Assembly: GCA_965203315.1 (NCBI GenBank)
Contig: OZ241857.1
Coordinates: forward strand, 800,001 to 864,000
DNA from: Nitrosopumilus sp.
GTDB taxonomy: Archaea > Thermoproteota > Nitrososphaeria > Nitrososphaerales > Nitrosopumilaceae
Length of the DNA stretch: 64,000 bases
Direction: 5' to 3'
Part shown: positions 10,583-21,095 of the stretch, one piece after another
Position numbering within the stretch: position 1 is the stretch's first letter
Layout: the number at the start of each line of letters is the position of its first letter
Notes under the pieces: model-generated
Told to the model about the DNA's origin: nothing
Database searches by the model: none
The model's input: only the letters and a program-made list of their open reading frames with translations
Program-made: the position numbers and the translations under genes

Positions 10583-11197
10583 ATGGCAATAGATGCTACA
10601 ACCCTCGAGATCAGTGAACTAGAAAAGTATGTGCTTTTGCTAGTATATGTAGATGACGAGCCCATACAAGGAAAGCAGAAGCTTCAACTGACGATGTACA
10701 TGTTGGGAGATCCCTACCCAGAACTAAGAGAGTGGTGTGATTTCACAATAAGGGATGACGGTCCATACAGCGCAGTCCTAGATGATACTTTGGAACGTCT
10801 AGTACACATGGAGTTATTACAAGAACAAGACAACACCATTCAATTAACCAAACATAGCATAGAGTACGCCAGAATCATTGGAGAAGAGAAAGGAGGATTT
10901 CCAGAAATTGAAGAAGCATTTAATCCAACTATGGGATGGGTATTTCACAATTATAAAAACACTATAAACGATGTAACTATTCCAGAAGCATTATCATTTT
11001 TGTACTGCAAGTATCCACATATGACCAAAGGCTCTGAAACGTACGAAAAACTCAAGCCAGATATCAAGGAAAATATAATTTCCATGTATACAAAGGAAAA
11101 GATGAGTTTTGGTAGGGCTGGAGAATTACTTGGGATGCCCCAGCACATAATAATGGATGAGTTGGCCAAGAGAGGATTACTACGGTTTGGACATTGA
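10583..11197 (+). CDS. putative antitoxin: SocA/YwgA-like N-terminus fused to UPF0175-like C-terminus
   Basis: GKQKLQ..GPYS motif; EKMSFGRAGELLGM..ELAKRG; overlaps the downstream PIN gene. Confidence 0.65.
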   Translation: MAIDATTLEISELEKYVLLLVYVDDEPIQGKQKLQLTMYMLGDPYPELREWCDFTIRDDGPYSAVLDDTLERLVHMELLQEQDNTIQLTKHSIEYARIIGEEKGGFPEIEEAFNPTMGWVFHNYKNTINDVTIPEALSFLYCKYPHMTKGSETYEKLKPDIKENIISMYTKEKMSFGRAGELLGMPQHIIMDELAKRGLLRFGH

Positions 11198-11670
11198 AGA
11201 TATTTGACGCTTCACAACTTATTGCGATATTTAATCAATTCCAATATCCACAAACGTTTGATGTCATTTTACAGTTGGGGCATGAATTGGCAATACCTCG
11301 TTTCGTGTGGGATGAATTAAAGGACGATAGAACACGTACAAATGCGCAGAGATTGATAGACGAAGGCAAACTCACAAAATTAGAAAAGAATTCAGCTCAA
11401 GAGATCGAAAAATTTCAACTAGATGCGCACGAGCTGAAAAAGGGAGAGGTAGATGTAATCTTGACCTATAAAAAACTGGGCGGATACAAGAATAACGTCT
11501 ATTGTATACTAGATGATAAAGATGCACAACAAGTAGCATCAAGATTAGGAATAAGATGTATCGATTTGCAGGGACTGCTAAAGATGCTAGGCAATAAAGG
11601 AGTCAAGTATCCAAAAAAGATTGATGAGATTATAGAATTACTTGATAGATCCGAGTTCAGACCCATCTAA
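11194..11670 (+). CDS. PIN-domain toxin-like protein (DUF3368-like)
   Basis: IFDAS..VWDEL..LKKGE..ILDDKDA PIN acidic residues. Confidence 0.75.
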   Translation: MKIFDASQLIAIFNQFQYPQTFDVILQLGHELAIPRFVWDELKDDRTRTNAQRLIDEGKLTKLEKNSAQEIEKFQLDAHELKKGEVDVILTYKKLGGYKNNVYCILDDKDAQQVASRLGIRCIDLQGLLKMLGNKGVKYPKKIDEIIELLDRSEFRPI

Positions 11671-11708
11671 AAATTTCAAATAGTGTTTATGGATTAGGTT
11701 TAGAGTAC

Positions 11709-11826
11709 GGATCTTTTCGGTTTACGTGGGATAACATTTTACAAGACTATTCTTGCTAAATTTTCTCTATGACCCCCATAGTGCTGTTTCTGTAACCATT
11801 CTATCCCACGTAAACCGAAAAGATCC
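11709..11826. mobile_element. MITE family A, copy 2
   Basis: same 118-bp sequence and orientation as 7812-7929, one substitution seen. Confidence 0.9.
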
Positions 11827-11858
11827 CAACGAATTGACCAGTAGGTTCTGAGTACTAG

Positions 11859-12482
11859 TCAACGAGATAGTTGTTCATATTGATATTGTATGTGACTCCA
11901 GTCGATGACATCCCACCAAGAGTCGACATAATCTAAACGATTATCAGCATGTTTGAGATAGTATGCATGTTCCCACAGATCTATACCAAAGAGTGGGATC
12001 TTTGAAAAGCAATAGGGACTGTCGTTGTTTATAGTATTTAGTATCTCAATCCGTGCAAATGTTGGATCAAACACTAACCAAGACCAACCACTTCCTGATA
12101 TCGACATTGCATGATCTGTGAACAGGCTCTTAAACTCTGCAAAACTGTCATAGTATACATCTATTGCATCTCCAAGTTTACCAGATGGTGTTCCGCCACC
12201 ATTAGGCGAAATGCATTCCCAAAAAAGCTGATGATTCTCAAATCCGCCACCATAATACCTGACTAGATCACGATTTGGCTCTGAAATAGATTCCAAGTTG
12301 GACAATATTGTAGAGATGTGCATAGGGTGATGTTGACTCCCTATTCGAGTAAGAGCATCATTTAGTCCACGAACATATTCCATATGACAGATTTGATGAT
12401 GTAATCTCATCGTTACTTTATCAGCAAATGGATCTAGAGCATCGTACGAGTAAGAGAGTTTCGGTAGATCATACAGTACCAC
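11859..12482 (-). CDS. sod: Fe/Mn superoxide dismutase (divergent)
   Basis: LPKLSYSYDALDP, LHH, NHQLFW, GSGW, DLWEHAYY motifs. Confidence 0.85.
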   Translation of the reverse strand: MVLYDLPKLSYSYDALDPFADKVTMRLHHQICHMEYVRGLNDALTRIGSQHHPMHISTILSNLESISEPNRDLVRYYGGGFENHQLFWECISPNGGGTPSGKLGDAIDVYYDSFAEFKSLFTDHAMSISGSGWSWLVFDPTFARIEILNTINNDSPYCFSKIPLFGIDLWEHAYYLKHADNRLDYVDSWWDVIDWSHIQYQYEQLSR

Positions 12483-12862
12483 ATGTCAGCATCTTTTCAT
12501 ATTACATATATCTCTCAAGATTTATGTAATCGTTTATGAGATGTGAAAAATCGTACACTTTATCCTACACAATATTCATCTTTTGACATTTCAATAAATG
12601 GACCGATTTTGATAGAGATGATACTGAGTTTTGATCTAGAATGGACACGTGTCCGAAATATTGTGATAACAGGAACGCACTTTACAGCATAACCATACCA
12701 AAGACTCTTGTACAAATAGTATTGATGAACGATCAAGAGATGGATACCACATCAAATGAGGAAATATTGTTCATATTCCACTATTCCACTATTCATTCTC
12801 ACTATTCATATCCCATACCAAAATATGAGTACATACAATATACGAGGAGGTAAAAGAGATGC

Positions 12863-13477
12863 ATGGTGCGACGTCTAGGAACACTCGAACTTGGAATTTT
12901 ATCTCTTGCGTTCAAAAAGGGTGGGACTTTTAATGAGCGAGATATCGCAGCATCGGATCTAAATGATCTTGGTGTGGGACGGATACTCGATACCCTCGCA
13001 ACACTCAAAGATAGATCGATGATTCGACTAAATACAGATGGAACGTTCACTGCTACCGACACAGCAAGAGAGATACTTTGGTCAGATGCAGTGCCAACAT
13101 GGGCAAAGATGTTACGGCTGTTACAAATTAGATCATGTGATATCAATGATATCATAGATATCTTGGGCATGGATTCAGATCTAGTAAATGACATCTTGAC
13201 AAAGATGCGTAAGGAACAACTCGTATTGATGACTCCCCAAAGGCGTAACGAAAAACTCGTCAAGATCTACGAGATACTACCAGAGGGCATAGAGATCATC
13301 GATAAAGCAGATATGGGTAAGTTTAATGAACAGGGATCAGACACCATACAGAGATTAGACATACACGAGATCATTGAACAGATCCAAGAGATGATAAAAA
13401 TGAGTCAATTGAGCGATTCAGAGAGAATAGGCATATTGAATAAGATTAAAGTATTAAAATCCAAACTAGATGTCTAG
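12863..13477 (+). CDS. winged-helix domain hypothetical protein
   Basis: 204-aa ORF with wHTH-like segments. Confidence 0.6.
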   Translation: MVRRLGTLELGILSLAFKKGGTFNERDIAASDLNDLGVGRILDTLATLKDRSMIRLNTDGTFTATDTAREILWSDAVPTWAKMLRLLQIRSCDINDIIDILGMDSDLVNDILTKMRKEQLVLMTPQRRNEKLVKIYEILPEGIEIIDKADMGKFNEQGSDTIQRLDIHEIIEQIQEMIKMSQLSDSERIGILNKIKVLKSKLDV

Positions 13478-13621
13478 CACTCAAACTGTAATTTAGTCGA
13501 GTTATCAATCATCAGTGTACTAGACATGTCATCAAACATCGAATATTCCAACAACCTGACGAGTCATCAATATTGACTCGTGCATATATCGTTTATAAGA
13601 GACCAGAGATCTGTGCACATA

Positions 13622-13918
13622 ATGGGTGGAGCAAAAAAGCCGACTGCTGCAAAAGCAGACAAGTTACCAAAGACGTCAAAAAAGAAGGACAGAGGCGATA
13701 GTGGACCAAAGAGGGCAGACATAACTGTACAGGTCAATGAGACACAAGCGACAAAGATAGTTACAGGAGCCAAGGTCATCACAGTTCAAGATCTGGCACG
13801 ACAACTAGGAGTAAAGATATCTGCAGCTAATGCGTTTCTGCAAAAAGAGCTTGCAAAAGGATCAGTAAAACGTGTCGGAGGATATTCAGGGCATTACCTC
13901 TATCAATCTGCTGCATAG
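13622..13918 (+). CDS. rps25e: 30S ribosomal protein S25e
   Basis: MGGAKKPT basic N-terminus; KVITVQDLARQLGVKISAA motif. Confidence 0.85.
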   Translation: MGGAKKPTAAKADKLPKTSKKKDRGDSGPKRADITVQVNETQATKIVTGAKVITVQDLARQLGVKISAANAFLQKELAKGSVKRVGGYSGHYLYQSAA

Positions 13919-14274
13919 ATGCGCAATAGATCACCAGACCTTGTATCATGCAATATTTTGACATCATCTAAATGACCAATAGTGGTCATAGTTTTAGGCA
14001 ATATTGTATCGTCAAGAAAGAAGCACACACTACCGGATGAAGAGAGAAATGCAATATCCCCTCGCTTGAATGTATCTCTGGGTCGCTCTGTACCCGAGTC
14101 TAGCGGTGTCTCTATGTACATTATTGACGCTCCCATTTGATGTATATGCCCTTCGATAGGCAGGTTGCGCAACAGTATACCAACGGTTCTAGGAGACAGA
14201 TGACGTTTCAGCACACATCTAGTCTTTGCTTTGCCTTGAATCTCTAAAACCAACTCTCGACCTGATACAGACAT
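13903..14274 (-). CDS. cyclophilin-like fold protein
   Basis: SPRTV..LP..FKRGDIAF..VCFF pattern; start moved to MSVSG. Confidence 0.7.
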   Translation of the reverse strand: MSVSGRELVLEIQGKAKTRCVLKRHLSPRTVGILLRNLPIEGHIHQMGASIMYIETPLDSGTERPRDTFKRGDIAFLSSSGSVCFFLDDTILPKTMTTIGHLDDVKILHDTRSGDLLRIYAAD

Positions 14275-14339
14275 AATCTGAATGTGTCGTCGATCTGTAT
14301 AATCTTTGGCGCACACTAGAAAAATGATTAGATTATATA

Positions 14340-14813
14340 ATGTTTTATACGCAAACATTTTGCTTGTCTGAGATTCAAGAAGAAGTAGTGTCTTCAGCAT
14401 CTAGTGATAATCGTGCGCTAGACAAGGCAATCGAAAAGTATCACAAGATCATGGAAAACGAGGATAACGAGATTACTGGTGAAGAACTTGAGAGAAGAGA
14501 GAGGGAGATCATTGAGAGAGAGATTATTGAAAATACAGAAGAACATGAACCCGTAGAAATTCCTTGCGTAAAGAACAAGATAACGGTAGGTCCACCAACG
14601 TTGACCAGATTTGAGAAGGCGAGGATCATGGGCGCTAGAGCACTACAATTATCGTTAGGAGCTCCACCATTCATCCCAATACCAGACACAGCTAGAATCT
14701 CGCTAGATATTGCGATGGAAGAACTCGAACAGAGAATTATCCCGATCACCATTCGTCGTGTATTCCCAAACGGTGATTATCAAAACATACCAATCAGTTA
14801 TTTTGAAAAATGA
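14340..14813 (+). CDS. rpoK: DNA-directed RNA polymerase subunit K (Rpo6); true start probably slightly downstream
   Basis: LTRFEKARIMGARALQLSLGAP signature. Confidence 0.92.
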   Translation: MFYTQTFCLSEIQEEVVSSASSDNRALDKAIEKYHKIMENEDNEITGEELERREREIIEREIIENTEEHEPVEIPCVKNKITVGPPTLTRFEKARIMGARALQLSLGAPPFIPIPDTARISLDIAMEELEQRIIPITIRRVFPNGDYQNIPISYFEK

Positions 14814-14979
14814 ATTCATGATTGTCAAGTATACATCATTAAAGAACTGAAATTAAAAAGCAAAACATCACGAACAGAGAATTCCTAGACGAGAGGTTCA
14901 ACATTGTGTCAATTCCCATTGAGAGTAAAATGCTATCGCCTGTACCCCAAGCATGATTGACATATAATCCACCATAAAC

Positions 14980-15156
14980 GGTTCTGTTCAATTGACGGGG
15001 GTTGGCATTTTCTGCACAAAATTCTCGAAAAATTTCACAAAACATGGAAACGGCATCACCTCGTCTATCGTAAATTGCTGCTGTTTTGAGTCACATATTG
15101 TACGTTCTTTGAAATAACGTCATAATGATCTCAACCCCCGTCAATTGAACAGAACC
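14980..15156. mobile_element. MITE family B, copy 1 (25-bp TIR)
   Basis: GGTTCTGTTCAATTGACGGGGGTTG ... CAACCCCCGTCAATTGAACAGAACC; AAC on both sides. Confidence 0.85.
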
Positions 15157-15315
15157 AACAGATCATATAGGAATAGTTCGTTCAGGTAGATGAATTTTAA
15201 TTGAGATAAATCACATGTGATGGCGAGATAGCATCTATTGATCTTGTTAGAGACAGCTAATCAAAAAATGAACAATTTGTCTATAAAACTTAAAAGAATA
15301 TACTTTAAGCGATAG

Positions 15316-15603
15316 ATGATGACTCGGAATAGGGATAACAATGACGTAGATGTATTTTACGTCGATAATTCACCAATAATGAGTCAAGTAGTAGATGTAT
15401 TACATATTTTAGAATCACAGGGAACTGTAACACTCAAGGCTCATGGAGACGCAATTCCAAGTACGGTCTCTATAGCAAATTTCATAAATGATGAGATTTT
15501 GGAGAACCAAGTAAAGATCCAAAAAATCGATCTAGATACTGTCGAGATGGCAGGTATCGGAAAGATGACATCCACCATACAGATAGTAATCAAAAAAATC
15601 TAA
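15316..15603 (+). CDS. Alba-like DNA/RNA-binding protein
   Basis: VTLKAHGDAIPSTVSIAN and STIQIVI resemble Alba motifs. Confidence 0.65.
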   Translation: MMTRNRDNNDVDVFYVDNSPIMSQVVDVLHILESQGTVTLKAHGDAIPSTVSIANFINDEILENQVKIQKIDLDTVEMAGIGKMTSTIQIVIKKI

Positions 15604-16016
15604 GAGATGTTTCCAGATCCCTTTAAAAGTAGATTCTCACACTCTTTGCATATCTGTTCATCTATATTAGATTCAAGGTTGTGATGTATATCACATATCA
15701 AAAGGCTGGATTTGATATAATTGCATAGTCCAATAAATTTTGATAGACTAGATGGAGTATACGCCATATCAGAGGAGAGATTGAAACATAGATCATCGAT
15801 CATCTCAGATACACGTTCTTCGTTCAAGAGTTTTGCAATAAGAGATGGATCACCTCGTGTGCCTCGAATATAGTTGCTGATAGCAGCTTGAGTCACACCA
15901 AGCATCTTGGATATCTCGTCTTCGCCTATTTTGTGATCTTCTGCAAGTTTTTTTGCAAGGATTGCTCTTAGAGCAGGAATTAGTGTCTTTGACTCGATCT
16001 CAGCCGGTAGTAGCAT
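15600..16016 (-). CDS. HTH transcriptional regulator
   Basis: EISKMLGVTQAAISNYIRGTRG HTH; C-terminal Cys/His cluster. Confidence 0.85.
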   Translation of the reverse strand: MLLPAEIESKTLIPALRAILAKKLAEDHKIGEDEISKMLGVTQAAISNYIRGTRGDPSLIAKLLNEERVSEMIDDLCFNLSSDMAYTPSSLSKFIGLCNYIKSSLLICDIHHNLESNIDEQICKECENLLLKGSGNIS

Positions 16017-16132
16017 AATCTCTCAATCGACACATACAAGATTTATAGTTTACATTGATCAGGATGTTAAAGTTGTTGTGATTGTAGAATAGGAACATTA
16101 TCTTTTTTAATTTAAGACACAACATAGAATCA

Positions 16133-17068
16133 ATGAGCACATCACAAGAACTGTACAGCCATTTGATCAATGCAACAAAGTCATCAAAGTCAGATCTTAT
16201 TGCATTATCTGGAGGTCTGGACAGCTCAATCTTGGCATATTTGATACGACCAAAGCATGCCATTACGGTAATTGCTGACGATTTCATATCAGCTGATATG
16301 ACCTATTGTCAGATTATTGCAAGTGAGTTGAACATACCACTAGATATTCATACTGTCTCAACTATCGAGATATTAGATGCGGTAGAAGAGACAGTTCGAA
16401 TATTATCAAACTTTAATGATATCGAGATACGAAATCATGTAACCATATATCTAGCTCTAAAGTGGGCAAAGGAACACAACTACAACTCGATCATTACAGG
16501 TGATGGTGCAGATGAACTCTTTGGAGGATACAACTTTCTTCTCTCAAAATCGAGAGAAGAGCAATCGAGAGAGATTATGCGAATAATCGATACAATGCAT
16601 TTTCCAACACGCAAGATCGCTCAAGCCCTAGGAGTAGAGTTAGAGACGCCGTTTTTAACAAGAGAGATGATAGAGTTTGCAAAAGAGATTCCTGTGGAAC
16701 TAAAGATTCGAGATCAAGGTTCTGTGAGATATGGTAAACATATACTACGCAGTACATTTGAGACACATATCCCAAAACAGATAACATGGCGTACAAAAAC
16801 ACCAATGCAAGACGGTTCAGGGACTGCCGGACTTACAAAACTCTTTGAATCTATGATATACGAACCAGACTATATTGAACAAAAATTAAGAATCAAGACA
16901 ATAGATGGTGTAAACATACGTAGTAGAGAGTCGCTACATTACTATAAAATATTCAAAAAGATACATGGAACGCCGGTTGACAAAGACGCAGAACATCCTT
17001 GCCCGCATTGTAAACATGAGACACAAGGAGCAAAGTTTTGTAGAATGTGTGGCGCGTTTCCGATCTAG
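16133..17068 (+). CDS. asparagine synthase C-terminal domain protein
   Basis: LSGGLDSS, TGDGADELFGGY, C-terminal double CxxC. Confidence 0.85.
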   Translation: MSTSQELYSHLINATKSSKSDLIALSGGLDSSILAYLIRPKHAITVIADDFISADMTYCQIIASELNIPLDIHTVSTIEILDAVEETVRILSNFNDIEIRNHVTIYLALKWAKEHNYNSIITGDGADELFGGYNFLLSKSREEQSREIMRIIDTMHFPTRKIAQALGVELETPFLTREMIEFAKEIPVELKIRDQGSVRYGKHILRSTFETHIPKQITWRTKTPMQDGSGTAGLTKLFESMIYEPDYIEQKLRIKTIDGVNIRSRESLHYYKIFKKIHGTPVDKDAEHPCPHCKHETQGAKFCRMCGAFPI

Positions 17069-17205
17069 TTTTTGTATTTACGTGGTTTCTTGATAAATAT
17101 ACGTCTACAACCATTACAACAAAAATGAAATTTTTTTCCATCATACTCGTGTACAAGTGCTAGATCCTCATCTAGCTCAATTCCACAAACTGGATCAATT
17201 GGCAC
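17065..17205 (-). CDS. YHS-domain small protein
   Basis: not in ORF track; hand translation MPIDPVCGIELDEDLALVHEYDGKKFHFCCNGCRRIFIKKPRKYKN. Confidence 0.8.
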   Translation of the reverse strand: MPIDPVCGIELDEDLALVHEYDGKKFHFCCNGCRRIFIKKPRKYKN

Positions 17206-17237
17206 AATGACTAAACTCTAGATTGTTATTTAATCAT

Positions 17238-17603
17238 TTACGAGTTGATGATTTCTTGTATCTTTCTAGGTAATTCTCCATAATCTGCATCAGGTTCAGC
17301 AACCACATACAAGATGTCATTGTTGATCAGTACGCTTATGGCAAGGGCTCGCTCGCGTGATGCGAGTGCAAAGTTTACAGGACCGAGTTGTTTATCAAAC
17401 TCTTTTCTCATCTTTACACGTAGAGCTAACTCCATAAAGAGCATCTCATCGTCCTTTTCATTCTCAAGTGGCTCAACGTTTGCCTTCATTCCACCCGCCA
17501 CCAATCTACCTCGTTCATTGATCACTCCAGCAAACCTAATCTTTGAATCCATCGCCAAGATAGCATCACACACCTTTGTATAATTGTAAATCTTTGATGA
17601 CAA
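17238..17603 (-). CDS. roadblock/LC7-like (DUF6659-type) protein
   Basis: IRFAGVINERGRLVAGG..FDKQLGPV pattern. Confidence 0.7.
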   Translation of the reverse strand: MSSKIYNYTKVCDAILAMDSKIRFAGVINERGRLVAGGMKANVEPLENEKDDEMLFMELALRVKMRKEFDKQLGPVNFALASRERALAISVLINNDILYVVAEPDADYGELPRKIQEIINS

Positions 17604-18809
17604 TGTCTAGTTATCATACACATTACTCATTTATTACCTTTCTATGCGTCTCAAGGCAGCCTTATCAGATCAAGACACAAGCATAAAGGGATCCTGTGAG
17701 GCAGTTTGTACTGTGCTATTTTATCTAGACTTGTGTCTAAGACACGAGTTGTAGCACAAGATCAAGACATAACAAGGTAAACAAGCAATGACCAAGTAGA
17801 TCGCATATCCAGAAATCGATACACGATATACTAGGCATCTATGTCTCAGGTAGCAATATCAGGCAGGGCGAGTCGGCAGATGACTGCGGTACTCAATTTC
17901 CCACACATCCACAAGACTGAAAGGTATTCAGAGACAAAATTTGCGAGATATTGAAGACTTTTTTTCCCACACATGACAGATAATCGATGTGTTTCAACAC
18001 ACGGCAACGATGTTGGATTACATGCTGCATGTGAGAAATACAATATGTGAGGTACTGTAACTCAGATTTGTAAATCCAAAGCTGTTTAGCTCAGACCATG
18101 ATTTGACAGACTCCACTCATCTACTACATGTTATTTTTCATACGAGTCTTTGGATTTGTGACGATGGTATCTTGACGCATTTTTTGACACATAGTATGAA
18201 AACTCCAATTAGAACAAACATAGCAATTACAATTGAATAAAATAGATAAAATAAAATAGATAAAATAAAAGTGAGAACGAATAGAGATTAATTTTCCACC
18301 GCCACATATCAGGATCATATTGTACAAATGAAAATTGATCTATAGTCATGAACATAATAATTTCCCTAGTGTCTAGTATCACAATTTGGCGTTAGCTGTT
18401 CTGCCAGAGGTAAATTCCGTCTCACCTCATATGCGAGAGTAAACAAGAAGACAATTCCTTTCGTGACCACATATCAGAGACGAATCAATACTATGCAATG
18501 TTTTTATGTATTCCATAACAGATCTTTTCAACGTACGAAAATAGTCAGCATGAAAATAAACTGCGTATTTTATGGCTCAATGTAAAAAACTCATATTCAA
18601 TATCTGTTATATTTTTTAAAATGTAAAAATTACTAACATTTTTGCTGTACAGATATTATAAAGAGATCATTGAACAGAATAATTCTGGAATACATTACGC
18701 TCTACAAGACATGTCAATGGATCAAGGCAGAGCATAAACAGTTGATATATTTTGTATAACGATTTGTAGGATTTACATATGAAACGATATCGTATGATTT
18801 CTGGTATTT

Positions 18810-19919
18810 TCACGATACAAGTTTTGATACCAACTCGTTAAACTCTTCAACAGACATTGGAGATACATCAAATAGCCTCAAATTCTCTATAACATGTTCA
18901 AGTTTCTTGTGGCCCACAAGTGGAGCTATTACGCCAGGTGTTGAACGGACAAACTGTAAAGCACGTAGAGCAGGATCAAGAGTTCCAAACTCCGGTAGTG
19001 TTCCAGATGTGACTAGTCGGCCTTGCATTAGTGGGACACTAGTAAAGACGCCGATATCGAGATGGATAGCAGCATCAAGTATCGAGCATGTCCGATCATC
19101 AATCTTTTGATTCTTGTTCAATAGTGCCTGATCGTAATACATGTTGAATGGAAGTTGAATAAACCTAAGTCCATGATGAATGCCACCAACATCTTTTGCT
19201 ATATCAATGACATCTTCTAGCGACAGATATTGTGGGTGATCCATAGATACGCGAAAACACTCCCATGTTGCCATGCCATAATATTGAATCTTGGAGCGAT
19301 CACGTTGTTCTTCATACATGAGAAAAACATCTGCTAGTTGTTTGAGAAAGTCGGTACGACTGATATCAGGCTGACCTTCAACTGCATTGTGCAGGTACAA
19401 TAGATCAATACAATCTACACCAAGATTTACAAGACTACGCTCTAGTTGATCTGCCAAATACGATGGTTTCATACAGTGGTATCCAGATGAAATATCACCT
19501 GCAGATATCACACCCTGTGAAGTGTACTCTTTTTTGACATACTCCCAAAATCCCAGATTGCTGTCAGCGTCATTTGTAACATAACCTCCCTTTGTACATA
19601 GAAATATCTCTTCTCGCGATATCTCATTAGGACAGAGATCCTCTAGCACACGACCGATGGTACGCTCTGCTCTTTGGGATCTATAGTTTATCGCAGTATC
19701 GATTACATTTACTCCAGACAAGATAGACTGCTTTACTGCAGAATATACAAGTTGATCAGTCGTGGCATCAACATCTCCTAGATATGTACCAACACCTAAA
19801 CTCGACAGAGTCAGATCAGCAAATCGCTTAAAGTTAGATTGATCAAGTTTAGACCTTTGAGCAAATTGTAATGTACCACTAGATGTGGCAGAGCCTTGAA
19901 TCATTAAAGATATGATCAT
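18810..19919 (-). CDS. aldo/keto reductase
   Basis: GVGTYLG, DTAINY, TKGGY, DLLYLHN motifs. Confidence 0.9.
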   Translation of the reverse strand: MIISLMIQGSATSSGTLQFAQRSKLDQSNFKRFADLTLSSLGVGTYLGDVDATTDQLVYSAVKQSILSGVNVIDTAINYRSQRAERTIGRVLEDLCPNEISREEIFLCTKGGYVTNDADSNLGFWEYVKKEYTSQGVISAGDISSGYHCMKPSYLADQLERSLVNLGVDCIDLLYLHNAVEGQPDISRTDFLKQLADVFLMYEEQRDRSKIQYYGMATWECFRVSMDHPQYLSLEDVIDIAKDVGGIHHGLRFIQLPFNMYYDQALLNKNQKIDDRTCSILDAAIHLDIGVFTSVPLMQGRLVTSGTLPEFGTLDPALRALQFVRSTPGVIAPLVGHKKLEHVIENLRLFDVSPMSVEEFNELVSKLVS

Positions 19920-20929
19920 TATACTAAATTTATGTTTAGAGAACCTACAACCAGACCAACAACAAACAGTACACCTGTAGATCTGCTATACAGTAATGCG
20001 TATGACATCGGTAAGAGCAATAATTTGATAGAGTTAAAGCCTTTGTAGAGAGCAATGCCAGAACGTATAGCAATAGGTATAGATAAAAGAGATATTAGAA
20101 CGGTAGCAGGAAAATATGCATAGATCACACCAGTTAAAATTATCGCTGTTGTCAAGATCGGAAAAAGCCAAAAAATGCGAGATGCTAGTTTTGGACCTGC
20201 TAGAATCACCAAAGTCTTGCGACCCTTTAATTTATCAGCATCGTGATCAGGAAACGCCGTAACAAAGAGAACGAGTCCAGACAGTGAACCCACCAATGCG
20301 CCTGCGAGTCCCGCATCAAAAGACAGAGTCTCAGTCTGAATGAAATATACACCTAGAACGATCATGGCTCCCTTTATTCCAACAAATAACTCGCCCAAAC
20401 CAGCATCGACTATTCTAGTCGAGTAGAAATAGATCGCAAGTATTGCAAATCCAAGTATTATCGCAATAATAAAACCATGCAAGACAACAAAATAGCTGCC
20501 AATCACGGCACCGAATACTAGTGACGCAATACCAGCTCTGTATACATGAGAGGGTTGTAATAGGCCTTCGGGCAATACTCCTGTACCACCACTCATGCGC
20601 GTGCGAGTTGTGGTGGTATCTATTCCACGTTTATAGTCCCAATAATCATTTAGTAGATCAACACTGATGTGTAACGCAAGTACGCCTGCAAGTGCGATGA
20701 TTGCGGCAGATATATCGATCATTGATGTATGATACCAAGACATGCTCAAACCTACACCAACCGCAATAACCGATGCAAAGAGAAAACGTAAGCGAATTAT
20801 ACGCAACCATGCAGACAACAACATGTATGAATCATCGCACAATATTGAGTTTTGTAGATCAGAGATCTCGCAATGTATATCCAAGCCTACACAAAGGGAG
20901 ACTGTTTTAATTTGAGCCAAATCCTTCAA
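19919..20929 (-). CDS. UbiA/MenA-family prenyltransferase (true start probably ~20825)
   Basis: NDYWDYKRGID and PDHDADKLKGRKT motifs, multiple TM helices. Confidence 0.85.
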   Translation of the reverse strand: MKDLAQIKTVSLCVGLDIHCEISDLQNSILCDDSYMLLSAWLRIIRLRFLFASVIAVGVGLSMSWYHTSMIDISAAIIALAGVLALHISVDLLNDYWDYKRGIDTTTTRTRMSGGTGVLPEGLLQPSHVYRAGIASLVFGAVIGSYFVVLHGFIIAIILGFAILAIYFYSTRIVDAGLGELFVGIKGAMIVLGVYFIQTETLSFDAGLAGALVGSLSGLVLFVTAFPDHDADKLKGRKTLVILAGPKLASRIFWLFPILTTAIILTGVIYAYFPATVLISLLSIPIAIRSGIALYKGFNSIKLLLLPMSYALLYSRSTGVLFVVGLVVGSLNINLV

Positions 20930-21095
20930 TCACATATGTAAAATGTGAGTCATCTGTACGACAACATACGTTGGCGTTGTGATAATTCTAAAACACGCGA
21001 GTATCGACCCTCAAGTTTAGTGCCAAAATGCATAATTCTAAAATATCGATCTATGTCACGAATCTCTAATCCGCATCAATCAAGAATATGCAGAA

